Source: Raja brachyura (lineage: Eukaryota). From it: a stretch of DNA of 64,000 nt. The first letter of the stretch is position 1. The number at the start of each line of letters is the position of its first letter. Below the pieces are notes generated by a model. It was not told the origin of the DNA. It was given only the letters and a program-made list of their open reading frames with translations, and did not search any database. This document shows, in pieces, positions 1-12,364 of the stretch. The DNA is taken from NCBI GenBank assembly GCA_963514005.1, contig OY740795.1, positions 868,001-932,000 of the forward strand. Reading direction: 5' to 3'. The translations under genes and the position numbers were made by a program.

Positions 1-611
1 CTAACATTCAGGATAGTTGGGGCAGAGTTGGCTTGTTTCCCATGGATTGTCAGGGGCTTCGACCTGATTAAAGCATATGAACTTATGAGAGATATGGAAA
101 GTGTAGGCATTCAGAACGGGTTTTTTCTATCACACGGTGGAATTATTAAAGATTAAATGCCCCACCATTAAGGTGAAGGGGGCAAAACGCAAACGATATG
201 TACGGGTTAATTATGGAAAGAGCGATAAGTACATGGGACATGCTGCCGGGGATGGTGACAGAGGCGATATGACAGTGGCTTTTAAGAGGCTTTGAGATAA
301 ACACACGGACATGCACGGAAAGGACAGATGTGAGTGATTTACAGGAGATACGATTAGTTGAGCTTTGCATCATGTTCGGCACAGACATTACTGCCTGAAC
401 GGCTTGTACCGATTCTGTCCGTATTTCTGTTCTATGTTATCCTTCGCAGCTGATGTTTTCTGAAACAAGGAGCAATATTATGTAAAAGTGTGTTTTGTCC
501 GCATGTCAAAACTTCCCATTTGTTCGGCGGTAACACTAAAAGGTTAAGCATGTTTCCCTTCCATCGTCTAACGGCCCCTATTTTTCTCTTGACACGGAAT
601 CTAATTCACAG

Positions 612-921
612 GACATGGCGCTGGGGATTCGGTGACTCAGAGCCAGCCTTTACTGAGACCGAGACAGGGTGACTTGGTGAAACTAACCTGTACCTACAAT
701 ACTGCAGCATCCACCTATTATTTATATTGGTATCGACAAATTGCCGAGGAAAATCCTGAGTTTATTGTGCTGATACGATCTTGGGACCAACGGGAAACAC
801 TGGGAGACATATTAGAGAAACGGTTCTCCACGGATCTCCAGAAAGCGACATCATTTGTCCATTTAAATATTTGGGGTCTCCAGCTGACAGACTCTGCAGT
901 GTATTACTGCGCCCTGAGTTC
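612..921 (+). CDS. TRAV: TCR alpha/delta variable gene segment 1, V exon (leader exon predicted upstream of the window)
   Basis: Acceptor ..ttcacAG at 610-611 (phase 1), then an open frame HGAG-DSVTQ...LTC...LYWYRQ...DSAVYYCALS with canonical Ig V Cys/Trp/Cys, directly followed by an RSS. Confidence 0.93.
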
Positions 922-960
922 CACAGTGATTGGAAGCAGTCTCTGCGCAGTGCAATAACC
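922..960 (+). other. V recombination signal sequence, 23-bp spacer
   Basis: Heptamer CACAGTG 922-928, 23-nt spacer 929-951, nonamer GCAATAACC 952-960. Confidence 0.93.
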
Positions 961-1300
961 GCCTGTGGTGAGCCTTTCTTGTCCTTTTCTGTGTTTCCCA
1001 GGGTTTAAAGAGCTCAGGTGTCGCAGCCGCGTGCAGAGCGCCAATAGGATCGCAGACACACACAGACAGGAAACCTCGGATATACTTGTCAGCCACCGCA
1101 TCCTGGTGAACCAGAGATACTAAGCAAGATTCAAACGACGCGATTTGTTTCAATTCCTTGATCCACACCAATAAAATGTAAAGTGAATAATTGCTAATTC
1201 AACTCCCGTCGCTGCGGAAACTTCTGGTCAGCGGCATAAAACAATAACCCCTCCCTCTTTCTTCGCTCTGTCTCCTGTCAGTTAACCGACCAATTATCCA

Positions 1301-2140
1301 TACAAATGGTACAAAGGTACAAAGGACATTTATTGTCACATACACCAATTGGTGTAGTGAAATCTGTCTTGCCATGCAGCACACAGATAAAGATAAGACA
1401 TAACATTAAAGAATTTAACATAAAACATTAAAAATAAACATCCCCCCACAATCGTTCCCATTATGAGGGAAGGCACAAAGTCCAGACCCCATCCCCAGTT
1501 CACCCATAGTCAGGTCTATTGAGGCCCCAACAGTCGCCGCTATGGGGGCCGATGTTCCAGGCCTTTCTTCGCCGGGTGATGGTGTTCCGGCGACGGGAGA
1601 ACCCTCTCAGCGGCTCAGGGTGCCTGTAACGGCCGATTCCATGCAGGAGACCGCGGCTTCCCACGCAAACAGGCCGCACTGGATGGAGCTCCACAACTGG
1701 TGATCTCGCCGAGAGATCCCAAGCTCCCGATTTAAATTTCAGCTCCGCCGCCCGCGGCTCCGCGATATTCACCTGCGGTCTTCAGCTCACCGGAGCTCCA
1801 GCCCGGCGACCCAGGCAAGGCATCGCCCGCTCTGCGATGGCGCTCCACCGCTGCGCCGCTGCCGAAGCCATGGTTCTGGGCGGTCCCCCGAGGAAATGCC
1901 GCTCCAGCCCGCTGGTAGGCCGCGAGGACGGGTCGACGGTGCAGCCCGGAGAAAGCTGCCTCTCCGACCAGGTAGGGTCCCTAGAAAGCAGTTTTCCCCT
2001 TCCCCTCCTCCACCCCCCACGTAAAAAAGGCTAGGTCTCCGAAAAACAAAAAACTCAACTAACAAAATTTTTTTTAAAAAATAGAAAAAACGGACATCTG
2101 CAGGCTGGGCAGCCATACCCGTACAGGACGGCGCCCCCTA
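1301..2140 (-). mobile_element. GC-rich non-autonomous retroposon with Rex1-like 3' tail
   Basis: Related copies at 24241-25108, 42892-43330 and 43483-44445. Short tandem-repeat tail. Absent from the paralogous position downstream of V segment 2. Confidence 0.65.
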
Positions 2141-2661
2141 ATATACCAGTTACTAGTATTTAGCCTCCAATGCAATTGGCTTTTATCTTGTTTATCCGTT
2201 TTCTGCGCGGCATGAGAATGCGGTTAGGAGAGATAGATCCTAGTTGAATGACGGAGTAAACTTGATGGACCGAATGGCCTAATTCTACTCCTGTCTCTTA
2301 TGACCTTTTTAAACTTTTGTTCGTTGGGACCTATCTCTGCGCGCATTAGACAATGCATTCAAACTGCTGATATTCCGCAATTCATGTATCTATGTATAGC
2401 GTTCTGGGGCAGGGTTGTGCATATGTACATATTGATCAGATGCAATCTATATTGCTACTGGAGCAGAGTAATTATTGGCCCACTGTGGTTTTGAAGAAGG
2501 AGTGGTCCCGTGAGTGGACTGACTTCCTCCTGTGATGGTTCTGCTTTGTTGTTTTCGGACAGGTAACACAATATGTACATATGAGTCGAGTCAAGCTGCC
2601 ATTTTTATCGGGCAACTGAATCATCCTACGACAAGTGCAAGTACTACGATAGGACAAGTAC

Positions 2662-4770
2662 GATGAAGTACAAAAGTTGTTCATACCAGTTTGGCAAAAG
2701 AATAAATCGGGGAAGGTGGTGCATCCATGGATAACAAGGGAAATCAGGGATAGTATAAAAACAAAAGATGAGGTATACAAATTTGCCAGAAAAAGCAGCC
2801 TACCGGAGGACTGGGAGAAATTCAGAATCCAGCAGAGGAGGACAAAGGGCTTAATTAGGAAAGGGAAAATAGATTATGAAAGGAAACTGGCAGGGAACAT
2901 AAAAACTGACTGCAAAAGTTTTTATAGATATGTAAAGAGAAAGAGACTAGTTAAAACAAATGTTGGTCCCTTGCAGTCAGAAACAGGTGAATTGATCATG
3001 GGGAACAAGGACATGGCAGACCAATTGAATAACTACTTTGGTTCTGTCTTCACTAAGGAAGACATAAATAATCTGCCGGAAATAGCAGTGGAACGGGGGT
3101 CAAATAAGATGGAGGAACTGAGTGAAATCCAGGTTAGCCGGGAGGTGGTGTTGGGTAAATTGAACGGATTGAAGGCCGATAAATCCCCAGGGCCAGATAG
3201 TCTGCATCCCAGAGTACTCAAGGAGGTAGCCACAGAAATAGTGGATGCATTAGTGATAATTTTTCAAAATTCCTTAGATTCTGGAGTAGTTCCTGAGGAT
3301 TGGAGGGTAGCTAATGTAACCCCACTTTTAAAAAAAAGGAGGGAGAGAGAAAGCGGGGAATTACAGACCAGTTAGTCTAACATCGGTAGTGGGGAAACTG
3401 CTGGAGTCAGTTATTAAAGATGGGATAGCAGCGCATTTGGAAAGTGGTGAAATCATTGGACAAAGTCAGCATGGATTTACGAAAGGTAAATCATGTCTGA
3501 CAAATCTGATAGAATTTTTCGAGGATGTAACTAGTAGAGTGGATAAGGGAGAACCAGTGGATGTGTTATATCTAGACTTTCAGAAGGCTTTCGACAAGGT
3601 CCCGCATAAGAGATTAGCATACAAACTTAAAGCACACGGTATTGGGGGTTCAGTATTGATGTGGATAGAGAACTGGCTAGCAGACAGGAGGCAAAGGGTA
3701 GGAGTAAACGGGTTCTTTTCAGAATGGCAGGCAGTGACTAGTGGGGTGCCGCAAGGCTCAGTGCTGGGACCCCAGCTATTTACAATATATATTAATGATT
3801 TGGACAAGGGAATTCAATGCAACATCTCCAAATTTGCAGATGATACCAAGCTGGGGGGTATAGTTAGGTGTGAGGAGGATGCTTGGAGGCTGCAGGGTGA
3901 TTTGGATAGGCTGAGTGAATGGGCAGATGCATGGCAGATGCAGTACAATGTGGATAAATGTGAGGTTATCCACTTTGGTGGCAAAAACATGAGGGTAGAC
4001 TATTATCTGAATGGTGGCAGATTAGGTAAGGGGGAGATGCAACGAGACCTGGGTGTCATGGTACACCAGTCATTGAAAGTAGGCATGCAGGTGCAGCAGG
4101 CAGTGAAGAAAGCAAATGGTATGTTAGCATTCATAGCGAAAGGATTTGAGTATAGGAGCAGGGAGGTTCTACTGCAGTTGTACAGGGTTTTGGTGAGGCC
4201 ACACCTGGAGTACTGCGTACAGTTTTGGTCTCCAAATCTGAGGAAAGACATCCTTGCCATAGAGGGGGTACAGAGAAGATTCACCAGACTGATTCCTGGG
4301 ATGTCAGGACTTTCATATGAGGAAAGATTGGATAGACTCGGTTTGTACTCGATGGAATTTAGAAGATTGAGGGGGGATCTTATAGAAACCTACAAAATTC
4401 TTAAGGGGTTGGACAAGCTGGATGCTGGAAGATTGTTCCCGATGTTGGGGGAGTCCAGAACAAGGGGTCACAGTCTAAGGATAAGGGGGAATTCCTTTAG
4501 GACCGAAATGAGGAAAACATTCTTTACACAGAGAGTGGTGAGTCTCTGGAATTCTCTGCCACAGAAGGTAGTTGAGGCCAGTTCATTGGCTATATTTAAG
4601 AGGGCGTTAGATGTGGCACTTGTGGCTAAAGGGATCAGGGGGTATGGAGAGAAGGCAGGTACGGGATACTGAGTTGGATGATCAGCCATGATCACATTGA
4701 ATGGCGGTGCAGGCTCGAAGGGCCGAATGGCCTACTCCTGCACCTATTTTCTATGTTTCTATGTTTCTAT
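2662..4770 (+). mobile_element. CR1 LINE, 5'-truncated, near-intact ORF2 (reverse transcriptase)
   Basis: ORFs 2677-3375 and 3389-4672 join through one frameshift at the A-run near 3330. Motifs LDFQKAFDKV, GVPQGSVLGP, KFADD; (TTTCTATG)n tail. Confidence 0.95.
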
Positions 4771-4882
4771 GACAACCAGAGAGCAGTGCCGAACTGCTAT
4801 CTACCTCTTTGGTGACCCTCGGAATATCATTGATCGGACTCTGCTGGCTTTACTTTGCACTGAACGTTATCCCCTAATCATG

Positions 4883-5038
4883 TTGGGGGTTGTGAGTCGA
4901 GTCTGGGTGAGGATGTGGTCGTAGAGTTGGAGGGAGTTAGAGTTGAGTCTGAAGAAGGGTCTCGACCCGAAACGTCGCCTATCTCCTTCGCTCCTTAGAT
5001 GCTGCTGCACCCGCTGAGTTTCTCCAGCTTTTTGTGTA
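4883..5038 (+). mobile_element. Short Penelope-derived element with hammerhead-like motif
   Basis: Flanked by the 14-bp direct repeat ATCCCCTAATCATG (4869-4882, 5039-5052). Contains CTGAAGA-A-GGGTCTCGACCC-GAAACGTC. Confidence 0.7.
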
Positions 5039-7049
5039 ATCCCCTAATCATGGGTCTGTACGCTGTAAATCAATCGATTGTAATCATGTTTTGCCTTTCT
5101 GCTTACTGGTTAGCACTCAACAAAAGCGTTCTACTGTACCTCGGTACACGTAACTATCCGCGACATGCCTAAGTTTCATTTTTAATGCGATTTTATGAAA
5201 ACAGTTATTAACAATGGTATAATGTTTTTAGGAACTGGTCCACACAAACGTGGGAAATCTGAGTATAATAGGCCTTTCGGCACAGACCGAATCCGCCTTT
5301 ATATTTGTTCACGGCCGATTGCACAAATTCTGCCCCATTTTCTGCGTCTTCCACGTATCGCTGGACCCCTCCGAGCCCCAAGAACGAAATGTATTACCGT
5401 TTCAACATACTAAATTATTCGCTCTTCAGTTTTTACGCCCATTCGCACTCTATCCATTCAGTCTACTTTGGCTTTGACTACCAGAATGACACAATAAATA
5501 TATGGTAGCGAAACCGAGAAATGCAGATGCTGGTTTACAAAAAAAATAATGCACAAAGTGCTGGAGTACCTTAGCGTGTGAGTCACAATATGTGGAGAAC
5601 AGGGATGGGTGTCGTTTCAGTTCGGGGCCGTTCTTCCGACTGATAGTCGTGAAGAAGAAGATAAGAAAAACATTAAAAAGAGAGGTGGGTTCGGGCAAAG
5701 CCTGCCCATAATTGCATGCACGCTTGTGAGCAGGTGACTAGGCAACTAGTGGACAAAGCTCAGAGATACAAAAAATACTGATACCCAGACACAAAAAGGT
5801 GTAAAGAGCCGGTAATTGTGAAGCTCCGTCCAGCCTCCCTACCCCCCCCCCCCCCCCCCTCCCCCTTTCACCCCAAGCCCACCACAATCAGTCTGAAGAA
5901 TGGTTCCAAACCGAAACTTCACCCATGTTCTCCGGAGATGCCACCCAATTCGCTATGTTTCGCCAGCAGTTTGTGGCGTTTTAGGAATTAAAGTATTAAT
6001 AGGAACTAGCTATAAGTATTGAATTGCTGCGCGTGTTGCCAGTAGAAGAGGTCAGCTGCTGGCAAGATATTAGAGTCTGAAGAAAGGTCTCGACCTGAAA
6101 AGTCGCCTTTCTCCTTCGCTCCTTAGATGCTGCTGCACCCGCTGAGTTTCTCCAGCCTTTTGTGTACACTAGATTCTCCAGCACCCGCAGTTCCTTCTTT
6201 AACAAGATATTGGAGTCATTGGGTCGCAGTCACTATATCCGAACAACCACTGGAGGTCGCTCGTTAATCTCTGCACAGAATCCACAGGTGTTTCCGTTCA
6301 TTTAAACGGGGGAAATATCGTTTGCAATGCAAAGTTGGACTCGACCCCAGATTGTGTCGGAGACAAAATGTGCAGCAAAGAACTGCAGAAGCTGGTTGAA
6401 ACCGAAGGTAGACACAAAATTCTGGAATAAATCAACGGGACAGGCAGCGTCTCTTGAGAGAAGGAATGAGTGACGTTTCAGGTCGAGACCTTTCTAAGGA
6501 CCATTCCTTGGGTAGGAGCCAGATGGAATGAGTTGAAACGAGAACAAAATGCCTTTCACTATATTCACAATGGAATTGGTCGAATTTCTTGTGCGAATGG
6601 GATCAAGGGGTATGTGGAAGTTGCAGGAAATGGGGTCAGAATTCGGATGATAAACACTGATCTAGTTCATTCAATGCTGATGCTGCATACAGCATTTTTC
6701 TTCCATGTGAAACAGATGTGAGATCAATCAGCGTCCACTTCCTTGTGCGAGAATGAAATACATCGTTACTTTAAAATGAGAAGGCCATTGTCTGCATCGT
6801 ATTAATGCTGCATGAATCCCTCTCATCATTGATTTTTCGTTGTTTTCTGTCTCTGCGGAGTGGGCGACTAAGGGAGCTGCTTTTCATAAAATTCCATGAA
6901 GATTGCAAAATGACTGGTGGCTTAAAAAAATCATTGAAAGAAGGTTCCGTGTTTGAGATTCACGATTCATCATTGGACACGCATGTGGGGCAGGAATGCT
7001 GGGGGGAGGATAACATGTATCTCCTTTCGAGAGGCTGCAAGAAAAAGCC

Positions 7050-7720
7050 GAGGACATATGCACCGTGGAATCGGCGCCTGTGATAGGCAAGTTACTAGAG
7101 AGGATGCAGAGGGATATCGTACATATGCATTTGGGTAGAAAAACGGATTAGAGATAGCCAGCATCGTGCTTTATGCCAGGGTTCGCATGTTACGATCATA
7201 TTAGGTTTTTTGAAGAAGTAACCCAAAATGTTTAGTGAGGGGAAAGTCGTAGAGATTGTATGTTCAGCAAGGTATTTGATAAAGTGCCGCGTGGTTGACT
7301 GCTCTGGAATGGTAGCACGATCCAGGGGGATCTTGCTAACTGGGTGGAAAATTAGGTTCAAGGAAGGTAGCAGAGAAGGATGGAGGAAGATACATTTTCA
7401 GACTAGCTGCCTACGACAAGTTATGTGCCTAAAGGATCAGATCTGGGCGCATTGCTGTTTGTCATTTATATCGAAGATTTGGATGCAAATGTAGAAGGCA
7501 AGACTACAATTTTGGCAGATGACACAAAAGTAGATGCGAAGCGAAGATGATTATCAAAATCCACCGGAGGATCTCGGTCAGTTCAACAAGTGGGCTGAGC
7601 AATGGTTGATGAATTTTAATGAAGTTAAGTGAGAGGTGTTGCATTTTGAAAAGTGAAACACGGCAGGACATTCCCGGCGAATGGGAGGGCCGTGGGGAGT
7701 GTCGCATTGCAGAGACTAGA
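7050..7720 (+). mobile_element. Old degenerate CR1 fragment
   Basis: Decayed RT-region similarity to the intact CR1 copy, with many stops and frameshifts. Confidence 0.6.
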
Positions 7721-8074
7721 AAAGGGCATGACCCGGGTTGCGGTGATCTCTTGGGGCGACGTTGATGGGGAGAACTCTGCGTGCGACGAAGTGTGTCGAT
7801 TCCATCCCTATGTAGTTCATTAGGTTTCTGTGCGTTAGAAATGCCATATGAGGCCATAGAGAAAAAAGTCAGGGTACGTTCTGCAGCACATGTTGATATT
7901 TAATGGGAGATTCGGAGAATGCAGGATCCCTTAAAACCTATATGAAAGTAGAGGCGCTAGCGTGTCAACCAGCTGTCGAAGTTGAATCAGCACAGCTCCA
8001 ATTCGGTCAAGGCAGTGCAGGGCCACGCACTCCAACTTTCGGCCAAGCCAGCTATCTGCTCCCTTAAAGGAAAG

Positions 8075-8117
8075 ATGGAAATACTGCTTAATTTCATCTT
8101 CGGTGCATGTTTATTGC
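8075..8117 (+). CDS. TRAV: Leader exon of TCR V segment 2
   Basis: ATG-initiated hydrophobic MEILLNFIFGACLL plus C, then GTAAGT donor at 8118. Phase 1 matches the V exon at 9305, giving MEILLNFIFGACLLRQGAG-DSVTQ. Confidence 0.85.
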
Positions 8118-9304
8118 GTAAGTCCTTTCAAGACAATCGTGACGTGAACGGAAGACAACTTTATTTTCCACATGTTTTGTGATTTGTCCTTAATATTCAC
8201 AATGTTCGTGCATTTTCCGAGGAGTCAGGGATTAGTGCTCATAATCGACCTGGCGAATGTGGCTCATAACCGCCATCGAAGCCTCGAGTGCAGTCTATTT
8301 TGAGCTGTCTGGACTTGCTGAGCACTCCAGTCTGGAAGATGGCAAGAGTTATGGCAAGAGAATTAACATGTGCGACATTGTGTTTTTAGTCTTAGCAGTT
8401 ACTTAAATCTGCTGTCTGCCATGGTCGTATCCCGGGACTTTGCTGGGTCCAATCCCCACGACAGCCAAGGTGTGCGGTGAACCAATGGACTCATTGTAGA
8501 AAAATCTGTTATTGCTATTGCTATGCAGCGTTAAAGGATCTTGGTTAGGCCGCATGGGTAGCGTTGCTTACAGTTTCCATCGTCTTATTGAAGGGACAGC
8601 GTGGAGGTTTTGGATAGGATGCATACTAGGATTACCATGAAGGATCTGCATATGCTGGTTTATACCGACGATAGTGTCGCCACCTTCATTACCAGAAAAC
8701 TGCTTTAGAGGGTTCGAGCTTTCAGGAGAGTTTGGGCAGAGTTGGCTTGTTTTCCGTGGATTGTTAGAGGCTGAGACCTGATGGAAGCATATGCACTAAT
8801 GGTGAAAGTGAATATTCTGATGGCAAAGTGAAAGCATTCAGACGGTTTTGCGTTTCCCAAGGTGGAAATATTAAAGAGTAGATGGACTGACTTAAAGATG
8901 AAAGGGGCAAAAATCAAACGAATAGTACGTGTTATTTACGGAGAGCGGTAATGCCTGGGACATGCTGCGAGCATGGTAATAGAACCGATACGACAGTGGC
9001 TTTTAAGAGGCTTTTAGATCAACACAAGGATATGCACGATAAGGAGAGATATCGGCAATGTGCAGGGAGAGACGATTAGTTCAGCTTGGCATCATGTTTG
9101 GCACAGAGATTGTGGGCAGAACGGCGTGTTCCTGTGCGGTCCGTTTCTTTGTTCCATGCAACCCTTCACAAATGATGTTTTCTAAAAGATGGAGCAATGT
9201 TGTGTAAAAGTGTGTTTTGTCCGCATGTCGAAACGTTCCATTTGTTCCTTTCCACCGTCTAACTGCCGTTTTTTTTTTCTGTTCACCCGAAATCCATTTC
9301 ACAG

Positions 9305-9614
9305 GACAGGGCGCTGGGGATTCCGTCACTCAGAGCCAGTCTTTATTGAGACCAGGAAAAGGTGATTTGGTGAAACTAACCTGTACCTACAATACTACAG
9401 CATCCGCCTATTGTTTATATTGGTACCGACAAATTGCGGCGGAGAATCCTGAGATTATTGTCCTGATCCAGTCTTGGGACCAACAGGTACAAAGGGGAGA
9501 CATATTAGAGAAACGATTCTCTGCGGATCTCCTGACAACAACTTCAATTGTCCATTTAACTATTTGGGGTCTCCAGCTTACAGACTCTGCTGTGTATTAC
9601 TGCGCCCTGAGTTC
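9305..9614 (+). CDS. TRAV: TCR alpha/delta variable gene segment 2, V exon
   Basis: Acceptor ttcacAG at 9303-9304. Open frame QGAG-DSVTQ...LTC...YCLYWYRQ...DSAVYYCALS; 79 of 98 residues identical to segment 1. Confidence 0.93.
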
Positions 9615-9653
9615 CACAATGATTGAAAGCAGTCTCTTCGCAGTGCAAAAACT
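9615..9653 (+). other. V recombination signal sequence, 23-bp spacer
   Basis: Heptamer CACAATG 9615-9621, 23-nt spacer, nonamer GCAAAAACT 9645-9653. Confidence 0.88.
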
Positions 9654-10880
9654 GCCTGTGGTGAGCCTTTCCTCTCCTTTCGCAGGAGTTCAAGGGCACA
9701 ATGTGACCGCCATGTAGAGAATGCCGATTGGTGCTCAGACGCACGCTGACAGGAAACCTGAGAAACCTCAGATGTACTTGGCAGCCACTGCATCCTGGTG
9801 AAGCCGAGAAACAACCAAGCTTCAAACGACGCAAGTTATTTCAATTCCAACATCCAAAAAACTAAAAAGTAAGCTGAAATGTAGCTAACTCAACTCTGAT
9901 CCTGCGGAAACCCCTGGTTAGCGGCAGAAAACAATACCGACCCCACCCTTTCCTAATTCAGCCTTCTCCGAGTCAGCCAAATCTCTGTCCATTCTGGCAT
10001 CTAGCCTCTAATACAATGGGCTCCTATCTTGTTTAGCAGTGCTCCGCGCAACATCTGACCAAAGGACTTACAAAAATCTAAGCAAGCAACACCCACTGAC
10101 TCTCCATCGTCTATCCAACTTGTTGCTCCTCAAACAACAACGGCAGTTTCCAACAGTTTTGAGATTAACTTCGAGCTACCCTTAACAAACCCATGGTAAC
10201 TGTGGCCTATTTTATCGTGTGGTTCCAACCAACCACTGAATGCATCACAGTGTCGCCACTTCCTTCGAAGTGTTATACACCGTTATACACCGTTATCGCT
10301 CTCCGGTCCACATCGCCACCGAGAACTTTGGTCAGTTCTCATCGACACTGTTATTCTAACCTTTCCTATGCCGTACGTTATGTATTTTAGAAAAATCCTG
10401 CTTAATCCGTTCAATCTAAAGGCAGAAACAATAAACAGCTGATGCTGGTTTTAAAAAAAGAAGCCGTAAAGTGCTGAATTGTCCTATTCATATTCTCCAG
10501 AGATGATGCCTGACCCGCTGTGTTACTCCAGTACTGTGCCTTTCGCCTGAAAAAAAGTTCGACCCGAGTTCTAGCCCAGCCCTACCCAGATGCTGCATGC
10601 CTTCTGCGGTTAACAACCATTTTGTGTTTTCCTCAAAATGTCAACATCTGCTGTCTTATATGTGTCCATGATGTTAATTGTGTCTATGCTGTTAGTTAAA
10701 ACTGTCAACAATTAAATCAGGCAACAACTTTGATAGAGAATTGACAGAAATTAACAAATGTGTTATATAAACCTTCGTTATAATCCAGCATCTACAGTTC
10801 CTTCATATGCAGCATAAAAACAAAATCCCTTTTATTTTATTTCATTAAAGCAACCGAAATACCTTTTATAATGTGTTTTC

Positions 10881-11600
10881 TTTTTTTTTTAATTAAAGGT
10901 TTTTTATTGGAGGGGAAAAAAATTAAAAAATCACAGTACATCTGATGTATGGCATTACATTTTCCTTCATTTTGTTTCTTATAAATAACAATAATAATAA
11001 TTTATATAATAATTTGTATAAAGAAAATAACCCTAACCCACCCTCCCTAAACACCCCCTTGGCAGCTTTGTTTTCACATTCCAAATATATCACAAAATCA
11101 AATGCACTTTTTAACAATAATAAAGTAACAAAACAGAATAAAGGCAGATCCCCACGTAATGTCAAGTGCACTCAGTCAATAGGTAGTTCCTTTAGACCCT
11201 CAAAATATGATAAAAAGGATTCCCATTTCAAATAAAACATTTTCACAGACTCCCTCAATATGAATTTAATCTTTTCTAACCTTAAAAAAACATGACGTCT
11301 TCCAGCCAAGCAGCGGCAGATGGAGGAGTGTTAGATTTCCAGACCAGCTAGATTCTCCTACGGGCCAAAAGTGATGTAAATGTAATGATATCAGACTGGG
11401 TTGTATTTAAACCCAATGTTTTATTTGTTACACCAAATACAGCTACAAGCGGGCAAGGTCTCACTGTCATCCCAAGGACTTCACTGATGGTTTTAAAAAC
11501 TACTGCCCTGTAGTTAACAAGTTTGGGGCAAGACCAGAATGCATGAGCTAGATTGGCTGGAGAGAACGAGCCTGTCACAGCCAGCGTCCGTGCCTGGATA
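10881..11600 (-). mobile_element. L1-clade LINE 3' fragment
   Basis: ORF 11348-11611 has H-x-FWSCPKL of the L1 ORF2 C-terminus. T-run at 10881-10890 is the poly(A) tail. Confidence 0.8.
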
Positions 11601-12029
11601 TATGTTAGCATATATAATGTATTTTCTAGTGTCTCCTCATTTCTAAAGAATTTATATAATTTTCGTTACAATAATATTTAAATTTCCAACCATTTGTGAA
11701 GCTATTGCATTGATATATTAGAAACTATGTTTAAGGCAGAGATGGACAGATTCTTGATTGGTGCGGGTGTCCGCGGTTGTGGGAAGATGGCGGGAGAGTG
11801 GGGTTGGGAGCGAGAGATGGATCAGCCATGATTGAGTGACGCGGAGGAATTGATGATCCGAATGGCCTAATTCTGCGCCTAGAACATTATGAACCTATGA
11901 AAAATCGAAAGCCTTCCATAGTACATTGTGGCGAGCGTTTAAGAAGAATCTACATTAGAGTTCTACCGATACTTTGTTAATATATCTGTCATTTTTTAAT
12001 TGGTCTTCAGTTCTACTGCTTGCAGATAG

Positions 12030-12360
12030 AGGGGTGGCACAGTGCAGCATTTGGTACAGCTGCTGCCTCACAGTGCCACAGACCCTGGTTAGATCCCGAC
12101 TTTGTGTGCTATCTGTGTGGAGTTTGCAGAAGGACCCATTTCCATGCTGCATCTCTAAACTACAATAAAGATGGTCATGTAACGATAGAATTGCTTCCTT
12201 GAAGCACCAGAGTTCAATCCTGTCTACGGGTGCTGTCAATACAGAGTTTGCAAATTCTCCCCTTGACTGCGTGAGTTTTCTCCGGGTACTTTGGTTTCTT
12301 CCCATACTTCAAGGATATACCGGTTTGTAGGTTAACTTGCTTCTGTAAAATTGTAAATTG
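12030..12360 (+). mobile_element. tRNA-derived SINE (elasmobranch HE1-like), partly duplicated head
   Basis: A/B-box-like head (GGCACAGTG...GGTTAGATCCC). Homologous to copies at 22960-23262 and 56830-57090. Confidence 0.6.
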
Positions 12361-12364
12361 AATG

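Noticed and set aside
612-921. V segment 1 as a leaderless NAR-TCR supporting V
   Set aside because: Its upstream sequence matches the V2 intron, so a leader is expected about 600 bp before the window start; it also has no CDR1 Cys.
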